NCBI RefSeq assembly: GCF_009914755.1
Contig: NC_060929.1
DNA from: the human T2T-CHM13v2.0 reference genome, Homo sapiens
Length of the DNA stretch: 64,000 nt
Strand: one strand, 5' to 3'
The notes under the pieces: generated by a model
Databases searched by the model: none
What the model was told of the DNA's origin: nothing
What the model saw: the letters and a program-made list of their open reading frames with translations, nothing else
Program-made: the position numbers and the translations under genes
Shown here: positions 1-13,400 of the stretch, in pieces
How positions within the stretch are numbered: position 1 is the stretch's first letter
Layout of the letters: each line of letters begins with the position of its first letter

Positions 1-257
1 TGCCCTCATCCTCAAGCCAACCAAAGCATCCAAATGGATGTGGAAAGTAACCATTCTCACCTCTTCATGCACATTAATAGCCTGGCACTTAGCAGGCACT
101 CAATTAATATTAGCCTTTATCAGCAACCTCCTGCTAAATTCTTTTTATTCTAAGATTATGTGGTACAATATATAAAATTAATGAGAAATATGCAAATTTT
201 ATTTAAAATAATACTGCGTTATGCCTGTAATTCTTTAAACCCATGAAGAGGGTATGT

Positions 258-500
258 TGTGCTGTATAATGGTTAACAGCACTAGTTCTAGAACTAGATT
301 GCATGGGACCCAGTCCTAGCCTACCACTCACTAACTGAGAGACTGTGGACAAGTTATTTGACCTCCCTTTGTCTCATTTTCCTCTTCTAAACTGGAAGTA
401 ATATTAAGAGTACCTATCTCATTGGGCTGACATTATGGTTAAGTGTAAAATGCTTCCAACAGTGCCTGACACATGGCAAAACAAATTAATAAAGGTTATC
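258..500 (+). mobile_element. MIR SINE
   Basis: Follows the MIR consensus order: ataatggttaacagcac, caagttatttgacctccctttgtctcattttcctc, gtacctatctca, acagtgcctgacacatgg. Confidence 0.85.
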
Positions 501-2224
501 TGTATCATATCTCTGCTTTTCAATTATTTAAATTGTTTAATATCAATAACTGTACAATAATACAATCATTATTGTAATATGGAGATGTATAATTGTTCAG
601 CAAATGTTCACATATGTAGGGAATAAAAAACAAATTGTTTCCAACTACAAACTTTCTTTTACTGATCACTGATATTCCCACTTGGTGCTTTTAGCACATT
701 GTTCTTGGGTGGTGATGGTTTGAAGTTGGTAAAAAACATTGTTTGTTGCCTACAAGTTCTCAAATTGTAGGCACTGGGAAAAGAACAAGAAAGAAGACAG
801 AAAGGTACCTGAAGAAATTGCTGTTCTGATTTCTCCATTGTTGGTTTAAATGCTAATCTGCCACTTCTGGGAACAAGAAATATCCCCAAGAGTATTCTTT
901 TTGACCTTTCTTAACTTCCTCTCCTTTCTTTCCTTCTGACTTTATTTTTAGATGAATATCAAACAGGAAATCCACTCCACTAAGAAATGGTGAATTTTCT
1001 AGCTAGAGATCAGAGGGTGGAGCCCACTGGGAAATCAGTAATGGAGATCAGACCAAAGAGCTGGGCCAAGGAAGGATGGATAGATACTTGTAAAACAAGA
1101 GGCCATTTTTGTGTCTTTTTTTCCCCTACTAGAGATGAAACTAGCAGCTTCCATTTATGCCCAAGGCACAAGTTTTTAAAAACAGATCAGTTGATTTAAG
1201 GCAAAATTCAAATCAAAACACTGGCAAGACCTACAGAACAGATATAGCCACAGAACTGTTCTAATGCCCCAACACCGGAAGGATGAGGGTGTGTAGGGTA
1301 CTGAAAGACATAACAATGATTTGCCACTTACTGCTAAGTGTTGCCAAATGTGCTTTAAGTATCTCATGTACTGGAAATACACTGCAAATTACATTCCTTA
1401 TGTTGTGAATAGGAACAGAAGCTTTTTCTTTCTTTCCTGTTTATATTATCGATCACTGCACATCCAAATCCACCTCTTCCGTCTTGTAAGAAATTGATAT
1501 ATAGGATGTATTTTGTAAAACTTTGAATCTTTTGGATTTGAAGCTGTATGAAGTTACACAGAGTGATCTTCCTGGTGAGCCTCTAAGCCTGAATGTAATT
1601 TCAACTTCTTAAGCCAGGAAATAGCAAATCTTGTACAACTACTAACATTTTTGCAAATTATTTTAAGAGTCTCGAAGATAGCATTATATATTAAGTTGAT
1701 TTTGGATCAAATAATCAACTGGAAACTTAATTCTACAGGTCAGTATTACTAAGTCTCTAGCACTGGTTTCTGTAGTGTAGGAGATCTGGAAACGGACTTC
1801 TAAATTAAAAGATCGACATCTTTATTGAAGCTTGCACATAACAAGGTACAAAACTATTATACACATTACCAAACTGGCAAACTCACATAACAAGTGTAAA
1901 AACGGGCCTGCTGATCATAAAATTCCTTTTCCCAGAAATAATTAACAAATTGTTACCACTAGTAAAGCTTTCTTAAAGTTTTAATCTATCACAAATCATC
2001 AAAAATTAAGGTGTGTTTTTAGCCAAGTAATATGTTTAGAGTAACAAAATGAAATAGTACAAAAGATTAAAAATATCTGTATATGAGTCCCTTCCATTCC
2101 AGACAGTGTCATAGAGAAAGCCATTACTAATAGTTTATTGTATCCTGCTCAAAATCTTTTATACAATACAGGAAAATATATCTTTTCTTTTTAATGCAAA
2201 TGAAAGTTTTCTGCACTTTGCTGT

Positions 2225-2520
<296 letters not shown>

Positions 2521-2864
2521 TGATGAAATCCTAAAATCTGTATACCATAACACAGGCACAAAGTGTTACTGTCATTCAGCCACGTTTCTCAGTGCTTCTT
2601 CTACCTATGTTAATATTTGTTTGGTAATAGAATGGTCAATCAGATATGTATGAGAAACACTCAGTTAAAAGGTAAACAGCCTTCTTCCTTGCCTGACATT
2701 CCAGATTCCTGAATGTGCTGACTTTAACCATGACTCATTAAAGGGCTTATGTAGCATATTATATTTCACACAATAATTTAACCAAGGAGTTTTCTTGCTG
2801 AGGAGCATCTTTTGAGATTGGTATGCCAAAGAACACACTTTGGAGACTGCTGAGTTACAGCATC

Positions 2865-2990
2865 TCACAACCCTGTCAGATAGGTTGTATTATGCTCATT
2901 TACAAATTAAGGATGCTGAGACTTAGAAAGCTTAAGTGACTTTCCTGAAGTTTCCAGCTGGTGACAGAATTGGCATCAATACACCAAATC
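2865..2990 (-). mobile_element. MIR fragment
   Basis: cacaaccctg, catttacaaattaaggatgctgagacttagaaagcttaagtgactt resemble the reverse MIR core. Confidence 0.7.
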
Positions 2991-4519
2991 TATCCTCTTC
3001 TCCCCATTCCACACACAACTCGTCATCCTTTTAGCATCACTAGGCGCTAGTGATATTAAAAAAGGTTCCTTGTGTTTAACAGAAGAGGCTGAGCTTACAA
3101 ACATTTTGACAGTATAGTCTGGATATCAACAGGGCCAAAAACATACTACATATAAAATGTGCAACAGGATTTCACAGAAGCAAGAAAAGATTGTGGACAT
3201 AGGAGTCCAGGACAGGGTGATCTATTTGACTTAGAGCATGTTACCTGTGCCCCCTTTGCACTTAGTTTCTTTGGCACCTTTCTGGTAGCATTCCTATGCA
3301 GATAAAATGAAAAGGCATTTTCACAAAGCCTGACCTCTCAATCAATGTTGATTCTTGTTACTGTCTCCAAAATTAGTTTCTAATTTCCCTCCACCCCAAC
3401 TATTACATTATTTGGAAATTTCACCATTCTGCAGAAATGTGTATATTCTTTCTCCATGATTCACACAAACCTCTAGCTTCCTGGAATTCAAAAATGATAA
3501 ATCTTTAAAAAATATTTTTCTAAAATAAAAATACTTTTGGATATTTGTAAATCAAAAAGTATAAATATTTTTAGAATAACTACAAACCTTGTAAATTTTG
3601 CTCATAGGTTAGAAAATGGAAATCATAAGTTAAAGCCTGTCTTACAAACAAATACCACAGGCTTCAAATAATGAGGATCGGAGAAACTTACAGGCATGAG
3701 GTCAGGAAGGGGCACGGAGGAAGTACAAGGGAGATACTAACTTCACCCCTCTCCTACTGAGTCGAGATGGAAAGTGAACAGTGGATGTGAGGAAATAGGG
3801 AGGTGTTTATAGGAAAAGGCAACAGAATATAGGGTATTATTATTCCCCCACAACTTCCCTATCAGTGTCAGAATTCACCTGTAGTTTTTGCTCTTGAATC
3901 ATATCCACAGTCCCAGACCTACAGAATAACAAAATCCTGAGATGCTTACTTTAACTTGCATCCTAAATTGTTAGCAACTTGACTTACCTCTTGATATTTC
4001 CTGAATTTCTGACAATGTTCCCTCTTCCTTGCCATAGTTATCTATGACCTCTTTGCTTTGGCAGAGAAAATGCCATTTCTTGAACTATTGGGCCTCTTGC
4101 CCTAGTAAGATATAATGTTTCCCTTTAGTAAATTTCAATAATAGCATGTTGTAATGTATCATAAGCAGATGATATACATTACTGCATACTTCCTAGTTCC
4201 TTGCTTGTTTTATACAAGACATCTCCCATTACTGTCATTCCTGCCTTATCTAGGCATCTTAAATGAAGAAACCAAATTGCAGTTCACACAAGTTTTTAGT
4301 TACCAAATTAATTTTCTGACCCTGATATTGTAGCCAAATTTTTATGATGAGATAGTTGAAAAAAGATTTTTAAAGATCCATTTCTTATTTTGGTAATTGC
4401 ACCGAACACTTATGCTCCAGTTCACATTCTATCAGCTTCACTTCTTATGCTAACTACTGTGGTAGCAACAGTTCTACGCAGGCTTCACCCACTTTCACAT
4501 GAATGCAATCTGACAGGCC

Positions 4520-4800
4520 TTCACTCTGAACCCCTTAGACAATGAGGGAAGGAAGCCAAGGCTTCCTCTCTTCTTCCCCCTATCAGTTGGTTCTGAGATA
4601 TCTTATATAGTTTCTCAGAAGGCCCCATGGGATTGACAAACCTGTTCCTCTTTGGTGTGACTTGATAACTCACTCTTACCTTGGCTTTTCCTTCTTCCTG
4701 TTTCACTCCCTTGTCCTCATCTTCTGCTCTCTAAAATTACATTCCCAAATAAACAATTCTCAATAGGTCTTTGCCTTAGGCTCTGTTTTTGAGGGCAATC
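4520..4800 (+). mobile_element. Old ERVL-class LTR 3' part (LTR16/LTR33-like)
   Basis: Ends cccaaataaacaattctc...ttgccttaggctctgtttttgagggcaatc, like the poly(A) signal/U5 end of these LTRs. Confidence 0.55.
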
Positions 4801-4802
4801 TG

Positions 4803-5578
4803 GTGTATTGATTAGGGTCCAGCAGGGAAACAGAAACCACACCAGTAATTTAAACGAGAAAATTTAATATAAAGAATTATTAACTTGTAGCAGAGGATTA
4901 ACTACAAAGGGGTAAGAAAAGTTTAAAGAACATGGCAAAAGCAGATAATGAATCAGCTACAACATCCAGGCTAAGACAAGGTATCCAAAGAGGGAATCAT
5001 CTTGAAAGAGAGCTGTCCCCAAGGCTTAGAGTCAGACCTCACCAGATGGCTGAGGAGCTAGCTGGAAGCAGCCTGTTGGGGTGCCCAAAAAACTCACTAG
5101 GCAGCTGCTCTCTGAGGCAACAATAAGATTCTCTGGGAAGCTGCCCATTGAGGTTCTAACAAGACTCGCTGGGAAACCACTTGCTAAGGTGTTGCTGAAA
5201 CTCACTGAGAAGCTGCTGGAGTACACTGATGAGACTCTCTGGGAGTCTCATCAGATCAACAGTGCTATGGACAACATTGACCCAGAAGCCACCCTTTGGG
5301 GTACACTGCCCCACTGAAGTGCTGGCAAAACAAGCAGAATAGTGAGCATCCCTGGGTACTGGCTCCCATACACCGCAGGAACAAGAAGGAAAAAACACGC
5401 TGAAAGGACTGAGGCAAACTCCTTTCTCCTACAGTGTCCTTCCACTCCTCTTACCAACAAAGCTTAACTTTGTGCCAGGTAGCTAAGAAGAAATGTTTAC
5501 TGGTTCCAGCTGCGGCAGTACAAAGCAGGGCAAGGAAGGATGGACTGGGCTTAGACAGCATTCCACTGACTGTGGCCA
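4803..5578 (-). mobile_element. Solo ERVL-class LTR (LTR40/41/52-like)
   Basis: Minus strand ends aattactggtgtggtttctgtttccctgctggaccctaatcaataca. Its 5' part reads ccttgccctgctttgt...ctggcacaaagttaagctttgt. It accounts for the GC-richer ORF cluster here. Confidence 0.65.
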
Positions 5579-6044
5579 AAACGTTATTTCCCCCAACCAA
5601 TTACCAAAGCTAGCAGTAGTCAGCACAGGAAAACTCAGCCATGGGCAGCAGTTGCCTCCCTCCAGCATCTCTCAAACCATGTTACTCTCACCTGCTCTTC
5701 TCTCCTTTTATCCTCCCTGGCTTCCCAACTCACAGCACCTACCTGAGCCTTCCTTGCTTCCATGATGGACATTTTCTCATACATCAGCTCCTCATATCCA
5801 CGACTGTGTGTAAGAAATGCTCTTGTGGCTCGGCACTGTCCCAAAAGACCAACACAAGCCAGGCCAGCCAACTAGCTTCTCCTCCAAGGAGAGGCATTCA
5901 ACACCTCCCTTCATCTCATGCGTTCATTCAGGAATAGCTTTTGCACAGAAGGCACTAACCAGATCCTTTGAGTCCAAAGTGAGCAGGTGATCTCATGATG
6001 TCAGGTTTGTTTGTTTTTTTTTTCCAGACAGACAGACAAATTAG

Positions 6045-6255
6045 TGCCCAAATTCTGGCTCTTCCGTTTGTTAATTGTCTGGTCATAATCAAATATTTAG
6101 ACTTTTCCACATCACTCTCTTCTGTAAAATGTAGATAAGGTTTGCTTTATAAGGTTATTTTGAGAATAAGAAAAGAAACAAGAAGCATTCATTCATCCAA
6201 TAAATATTAGTATTTGTTGAGTACCTACTGTGTGTCAGAAATTTTCCTAAACATT
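6045..6255. mobile_element. MIR fragment (+) followed by L2 3' end (-)
   Basis: ctcttctgtaaaatgtagataag...ttattttgagaat (MIR); cattcattcatccaataaatatt...ttgagtacctactgtgtgtcag (L2 tail). Confidence 0.6.
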
Positions 6256-7890
6256 AAGAAAAAAGGTAATGTAAATAACCATCTGGTTCGTGGTAGAAGC
6301 TTATTATAAAAAGATTTCCACTCCTGTCCTTCTTTTTATGACTGTGAACATTGTCTATTGTAAATGAACAACAAATTTAGTTATCATTATTTCTCTTTTT
6401 TGTGTTTCTTTGTTTTATAGAAAGCATAAGAGAAAAAATCTTTATAGATTGCATTTATACACTGAAATTATTAGGGCTTATTCCTATGAGAAAACTCAGG
6501 TGGCTTTTTTTTAAATAAGTATGTCTCAAATATTCATTATTGATCTGAAAAACACATAAGAGAAAAATATCTCAGATGTGCTACTGGGTGTGATCAAGAT
6601 AGCTGTCAGTGAGTAAATATACTCTCTACTGCATCCATTTTAAATAATAGTATACATGGCAAATACCTTTGACATTCTTAGTATGTCAAAGATTTTTGTA
6701 GGCATGAAACTAACATTTTACATATGCGGATGGAAAGGTTAAATCATTTTCCCAGTCACTAATCCATCAGTGACATAATTACCAACCAAACCTTAGGCTT
6801 CTGGTTCCCTGGTCCTCCTGCCTCCTTTTCTCCTTCAAAAAACATTCACCCACAATGATATCTACTTGCCTTTTACTCTAATTTTAAGAAAGTACACTGG
6901 AAAAAAAAGTATTACTAACATTTTCCTTCAAATCAAATTAATCAGAAAATAAAATTAAAGCACATTTATTTAGCAGAAAGCTACTCTTTCCATTAATGAG
7001 AATTTTATTAAATATAATAAAACATTTCAGGCAATTTCTTTCTTCCTGGTGTTTTTTTTTCCTCTTCCTTTTTCAGATTTATTGAAAAGCATTTTTATTA
7101 GTGCAATAATAGGCTCCGGGACATGCAATTATATTGAGATGCTGACACTTTCCTGTTAGTTGCAGCCTTTGGCCTGAGGCCAAACACTGAACCCAAGCAT
7201 ATGAGTTTCTCTGCAAGCAGCCCTGGCATGGCACTCGCATGCATTTGTCCTTACAGCAACCTCCAGTTTTCAACCACTACAGAGAGAATTAACTAATTTT
7301 TCCCTCCTATTACAACTGATCCAAAGAGATACTTCCATCTCTTTTTAGAGAAACCCAAAAGTTCCTTATGAAATTTTTGTAGAATGCAGAGTTAGAGACA
7401 GATTAGAAACTTTCAACTTCTGTTTCATATGGGGAAATACCATAAAGGGTTTCATTACTTTATGAGGCATTTACACACATGAAATGCAAATGCTTGTGCC
7501 TTTGTCATGAGTTTTCTTTATAGCTTTCACTCCTGTATATTTTTTAATTGTAAATCCTCCCCTTTCCAAGCTCTGAGCCAAAGCATTTCAGAATAAAACT
7601 GTAGATATCAACTATAAATAAAATACAGATTCAAACCTCTGCAACTTTTTAAAATTTCTAAGGCAGGAATAAACCATCCTTTAAAAAGGAAAAAAGAAGC
7701 CACCAGAAAATGCTTCTGAATTCACTCCCACTTTCTATGTAAAGGCACTGAGTTTCAATCTTTAAGGAGTTAAATCTCTTATCTGGATTCAGTGCCATGG
7801 AACTTCCCCACATATCCCAGTCTCTTTCATAAAGCATTGTATACGTTATTAGAATACCCATGTAAAACCTTAAAAACTTTGTTTTTAAGT

Positions 7891-7937
7891 TACATACACA
7901 CCATACATACACACACACACACATACACACACACACA
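7891..7937. repeat. Imperfect (CA)n microsatellite
   Basis: tacatacacaccatacatacacacacacacacatacacacacacaca. Confidence 0.9.
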
Positions 7938-10900
7938 ACTAAACTACGCCCTCTAAAAATGCTTCCGGCCTGACTGTGAACAAAAACAAAGGGGTCTCTG
8001 CTACCCCTAGCTCTGCCCTGTGACTGTTCCAGCAAAGCTTGGTAGTGTTTTAGGCATCACTTCCTCAGCAGGGAAGTGGAGTTTAGAGATATTAATCCTT
8101 GTGAACTGAATTTGGTGTGAGAAACTCCTGGGGGAAATCCCAAACACTTGTGCTGCCTTTGAACTACAGTCCCCCAACACTGACTATATCTCCCCTTCCT
8201 TTCCTGCCCCCTAGGATCATCCTTGCTTTCCTGGGCCCATTTCAGTCTTATTGGTTTGGAATCTGGACTGCAGCGTTTTCTTTTCCAAGTCCTGGCTGGG
8301 CTCCTTGGAAGCAGAGTGCCCCCACCCAGCCATAAAGATTATTGTGAGCACTTTGAAACTGATGCCAAACCAAATCAAGCCCAGTGGACACAGTCCCTTG
8401 CACACTGACTGGATTCCTGCATGCCCTCCTTTGGGTTGGCCCTACAGCCTGGTGCCAGGCCAATGAAAGCTCAGTCCTGCCCACACCCCTCCCTGCCACA
8501 CTCCAGAGATCCCACAGTGCCTCTGAGCTTGTCTCAGGGGTGCGAAAGTCAGAGATGATCAGTTTTCCATTCTTAGAAATGCATAAAGCAACAAAAGTCA
8601 CTAGGAATCTCTGAGGCTCAGAGAAGAAGTGAGGTTAGGAAAAACTGAAGCTGTAGCCAGAATAGCCTTTTCAAAAGAGAAGGGGAATTATAGTGAACTG
8701 GCTGGTGATACTTTATTGACCTCTAAATTAACTTCATCTTAGCATCGTAAAGACCTAGCATGGAGAACGAAAACTGCTTGGGTGACAGGAATAGCTAAGT
8801 GCTTGGTTAACGGGTAAACAAGTGAGGGAGGCTACAGGTCCACGTCTCTCCCACATACAGAGTCTGAGGAGTCAAATTCCCACACTGAGGGAGCAAAAGA
8901 GTACAATCTACACTCTTTTATACCACACATATTTGTTGTCCTGGTCTTTCCGTGTAATCATAATACAATCAGAAATATGAAATACAGAAAAACACACTCA
9001 TACAAATGCACATATACGTTTGCGTATATATGATATATGACTTACATATCCTCTCTTCTTCCTACCAATGTGTCACACTAGTTCACCTTTATTCTTCTTA
9101 CACCAGTTTCCTAACCTCCTTACACACCAGTATTTTACCACTTCCTTTAAATATTCTACTCATGGGTAAGTATTAATCCCCATATAATTCTGCTCTTATA
9201 AGTCTCATTCAAGTCTATCTATTTTTTTTTATCAAATTCTCTCTCTTATTCAAAGTCCTGAAATGACATGGGCAAAAGCAAAACATAAGCAAGTACAACT
9301 AATAATTCTCTTCTAAATTACTATATAAATAAATATGTGGATAATAATTAACATTTATACCAATAACAGTATTCATACCAATAACAGTATTCATTTTGAA
9401 GCTAGAGTCAGAGAATCATTACAGCCACACCACTTGTGAATTAGTGTATTTGAAATGCTCTTTGGAATCTAGTTATATAAAATGATGCAGGGAATTGAAT
9501 GTCTAGAATATATTGCTTCTGTTGCACCCTAATTTTTATGATGCTTGAGAAACATACAGTGGTCACATTTTATGTACAGGATTAATGAAAACCTTGCCTG
9601 ATTCAACGCACACAATTCACAAATTACAAAGGATAGGAGTGTGACTCTTTATAGCTCAAATGTCACCTCTATTTGGAAATAAGGAAAATACAGTTGTTTT
9701 CAATACTTGGTCTACTTGACCTACCAGATTTGAATTGTGGAATTTTTGGCAGAAGTTTTTTTGTTGTTGTTATTGTTGTTTTAATTCAAGAGGAGCCTTT
9801 ACTTCAAATTTTGAACATAAAGTGAGATTTTATTGATATTTTTAGCAGATGTTGGTTTTCCCTGTAATGCCAAAATGAGCAACTAGGACTCAAAGCTAAG
9901 GCAAAGGGGGTATTCAATACCTCCACATTTTAAAGTGACTCACTAACCACTGGGAACACACACAGGCTCCTTCAAGGCTTACTGATAGGATCAGCTGAAA
10001 GAACCCTACCAAGTTAGCTCCTGCCATCCAACCACTGCCAGTCTTCAGATGCCTGCCATGCTAGGACACTAAAATGAAAGTCAGAAAGCAGTGATGACTT
10101 ACTGAAAACCAGTTAAGGGACACCTGCCCTTTCCCCTCATCCTTCCCACAAGGCCAGAGGATCTAGACCCAGCCAAAAGAGGAAAAGAAGACATTCAAGA
10201 CACACGGTATGAGACAATTCTTTCCAACATTCTGGAGTGAGAAGAATGAAAAACAGACCCCACCCTCATCCTTATTTCTGGCCAACCCTGCTCTGGAAGA
10301 AGGGATGGAGATACAATTCACATCAGCCAATGAGTTGAAAATTTTAACTGAACTAAACTGAATTTGCCCAGAAAGTTATGGGATTTGCCTAGGATTGTCT
10401 AAGGACTCTGCAACTCAGATGGAAAGATTCTTAACAGTATGCTTGAAGGAAGGATTTTTAAATGTTAATAATACACTTGGTTGAAATTCCTCAATAAACC
10501 AGATACACTCTTTATAGATCCCAAGCATGAATTTACATAAATTGGATTTGTATCAAATTACTACTATGTACTTTACTTTTGAAAAAGCTGATGCTTTGGA
10601 ACTCAAAGGGTGAGTGTGGCAGATGTCTTGAGAAGGGTTGTTTATGAATCTATCCCAGATGGGTACAGAGGAATCTGTAGCCATGCCAGGTGATAACCTA
10701 GGCTCAGCCTATATCCAGCAAAGTCGAGCTGCTCTGGTCTCAGCCAAATAAGTACAAATTTTCAAAATGTGATTAGCTAGTAAAATGAAGGGCTTATTTA
10801 GTATTCTTGTTCTACTGTGCTTACCAATAGTCCAAAAACTGATAAAATCTGCCTTTGCTGCAACCAGGAGGCACTGAGCCAAATTTTCCTTTTGTAAATT

Positions 10901-12289
10901 CTAGGCTAGGCCAATGTCCCATTGATAATTCAACCATGCGTTGGTTTTAAAATGAACAGAGCCACAAATGCAATCACTGCCTGGCACAAACATGATTACT
11001 CTGGTTGTGTAAACCTACCTACCTAGATTTATATTTAATTTGCTCAGCTTTGAAAAGGATGATATCTAAGTTTAATGCTGATCAAAACAAATATTATATA
11101 TTGATTGACTTTCTTGTGCCTGTGAATATTAAGAAGCCCATATTTTTTGAAACAGGAATCCTTTATTTTCTCTCATGTTAATAGCAGCCAGTTGTAGCAT
11201 GAACAAAGCCCATCAAAGCCTTGCGTTGCCAGGAGCCACATTAAAACAATAGTGGGTCAAGTAGCAAATGGTACCAAATTACACAAAGTGTTTTTGTCCA
11301 TGGCTTTTTTGTCTTGAGCAGAGACCAGCAACACATGTGTAGGGTAGTACAGGTTAGAATATGCCTACGTCCAAAGATGAAAACTGATATTTCTGTCTGT
11401 TTAAGGTATTTTCTTTTATAATTATATTAATTCATAAAATCAAAATGTGAACATCTGAATTTATGTCTATAAATATTTCTTTGTAGTTGGTAGTAAATTT
11501 GGTATACTACTGACAATTGATAAAAAGCAAAAACACAAATATAACTCAATATAACAAAAATATAAGCTATAAATCAATGACAGTTATATTGTGCTAGAAA
11601 CACATGCTTTATGAAATGACTATGATTGCTTCTCTTTTTTTCTAACTCCATTCAAATAATTTAAGTTTTTCAATAAATTTATAATTTAGGTTAAAATAAG
11701 CTACTAACTTATTTGGTTTAGACTTCTTTTGTGTTTTTTAGAGGAAATGGAAGTTTGATATAAGCAATCTAACTGTGCTTTTTCCCAAAAAAGAGACAAA
11801 CCATTTTTCACCTACAGAATTCCAAGGAGATTCTACTTATAGTTAACTCATCCTATGTAACTGCTCTCATCGACTTTGTAGCAGATGACAATGTGACTGT
11901 CTCAGGATTCTAATGATTCATGATGTGAACCAAATTTAGCTACAGTTCAGCTTTCACTGTATGGATGCTTTATTTTGAATTCATCAAAAATAAAAGTAAA
12001 ATCTGTTGGCTTGACCTGAGCAGACGCAAATAATTTATAATGTCCAAAAATATAATTTTGGTATTTGATATATATTTTATCTTCATTTAAGTTCAGGTTG
12101 TCCTAAAAATAAAATGGAAAACAATCTGCAAAAATTCTTCCTTATATCTGTTTTGATAAAGGCTGGAAATAACAAAACTCATGAGAAAATTCAATCTTGT
12201 AAGGTTTCTAGTTTGATATTTAAGGAAAAGTAAGGGCTCCACATTCTTTATTACTTAACTCAAAATTCCTTTCCACAATTCAAAAGCAA

Positions 12290-12405
12290 GGAAAATAGAA
12301 AAGGAGAAAAGGAAAGAAGGAAGGGAGGAAGGAAGGAAGGAAAGGAAGGAGGGAGGGAGGGACAGACGGAGAGAGGGAGGGACAGACGGAGAGAGGGAGA
12401 GAGGA
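12290..12405 (+). repeat. GA-rich polypurine tract with a 20-bp tandem duplication
   Basis: (GGAA)n/(GGGA)n plus two copies of gggagggacagacggagaga. Confidence 0.9.
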
Positions 12406-12549
12406 AACTGAAATCTTATTTACAAAGCCTAGCACAAATGAGTAAGCTATTTAGTTAGTGGAGTACTTCTGTGAGTAAATAGATGTCGTAGAAAAAGTGG
12501 AAGGGGTATTATTCAAAATTGAAGTCATTATAAAGAAGTTTACTTTCTT

Positions 12550-12900
12550 TGTCAGCATGTATTTATAAAGTGCTCTCACTCCAATGTACCAGACACTGTT
12601 CTACACGCTGGTGAAACAGCAATGAACCACATAAATAAAATTTCTCTCATAACAGAGCTACAGCCTCATGGGAGAGGCAGGTAATTACCTATATAAACTA
12701 ATACATATTTCAATGGCAAATAATAGTAAGAGCTAAGAGGAAAAATTAAGCAAGGTGTGAGGATAAAGAGAGGTGGGTAGGGAGACTTTGGGGAATAGAT
12801 TGGTCAGGGGAGCATTCTCTCAAGAAGCAAGCTGTTTGCAGAGAACTGAGGGATAAGGAGAGAGCCAGGAAAGGATCTGAGAGAAGATCACAGCAGGAAA
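12550..12900 (-). mobile_element. L2 LINE 3' fragment
   Basis: atgtaccagacactgttctacacgctggtgaaacagcaatgaac...gagctacagcctcatgggagaggcag is typical reverse L2. Confidence 0.75.
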
Positions 12901-13144
12901 AGGAAAAGAGAAAACCATAGTAGAGATTTTCTACCAACACTCACATCTTCTGATCCTTGTGCCAGCCTTTTCCAGTCTTACTGATGCACTAAATTTTTAT
13001 CAGCTTTTGATGCTAACTTCTTACTAAAGAATAACTGTGTTTTCAGTGCATTGAAATGTATATCACATAAATGTGCCCACTTTTTAATAATATTTATTTA
13101 AGAGCTGGAAACAAAGCCGTGTTTTGGAGACAAAGTAGTCCATA

Positions 13145-13400
13145 CCTTCATTTTAAAGAAGTGGAAACTGAGTACCAGAAAGGCTACATGATCTCCCTAC
13201 TGTCACGTAACTAATTAATATAAGTGTAAATCTTAGCCTTAGTCTGGCTGTCTTGCTTATTGTTATTTGTATATTTCCTCTACTTGACTCTGAGCTCCTT
13301 AGGAGTACAAACTACACATATATCCCCTATCAGAGTCTGGTAGAGTCTACCAGGATGACTTACATATCACTGGTCGTCAATAAATATTTCATAAATGAGC
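13145..13400. mobile_element. MIR fragment (-) and L2 3' end (+)
   Basis: cattttaaagaagtggaaactgag (MIR core); ttgactctgagctccttagg...caataaatatttcataaatga (L2 tail). Confidence 0.6.

Noticed and set aside
4932-5937. Dense overlapping ORFs with a repetitive leucine/lysine pattern
   Set aside because: They lie mostly within an ERVL-class LTR with internal short repeats; no recognisable protein.
10858-10876. CTCF-like motif ctgcaaccaggaggcactg
   Set aside because: Mismatch at a core C; a single weak motif is not evidence.
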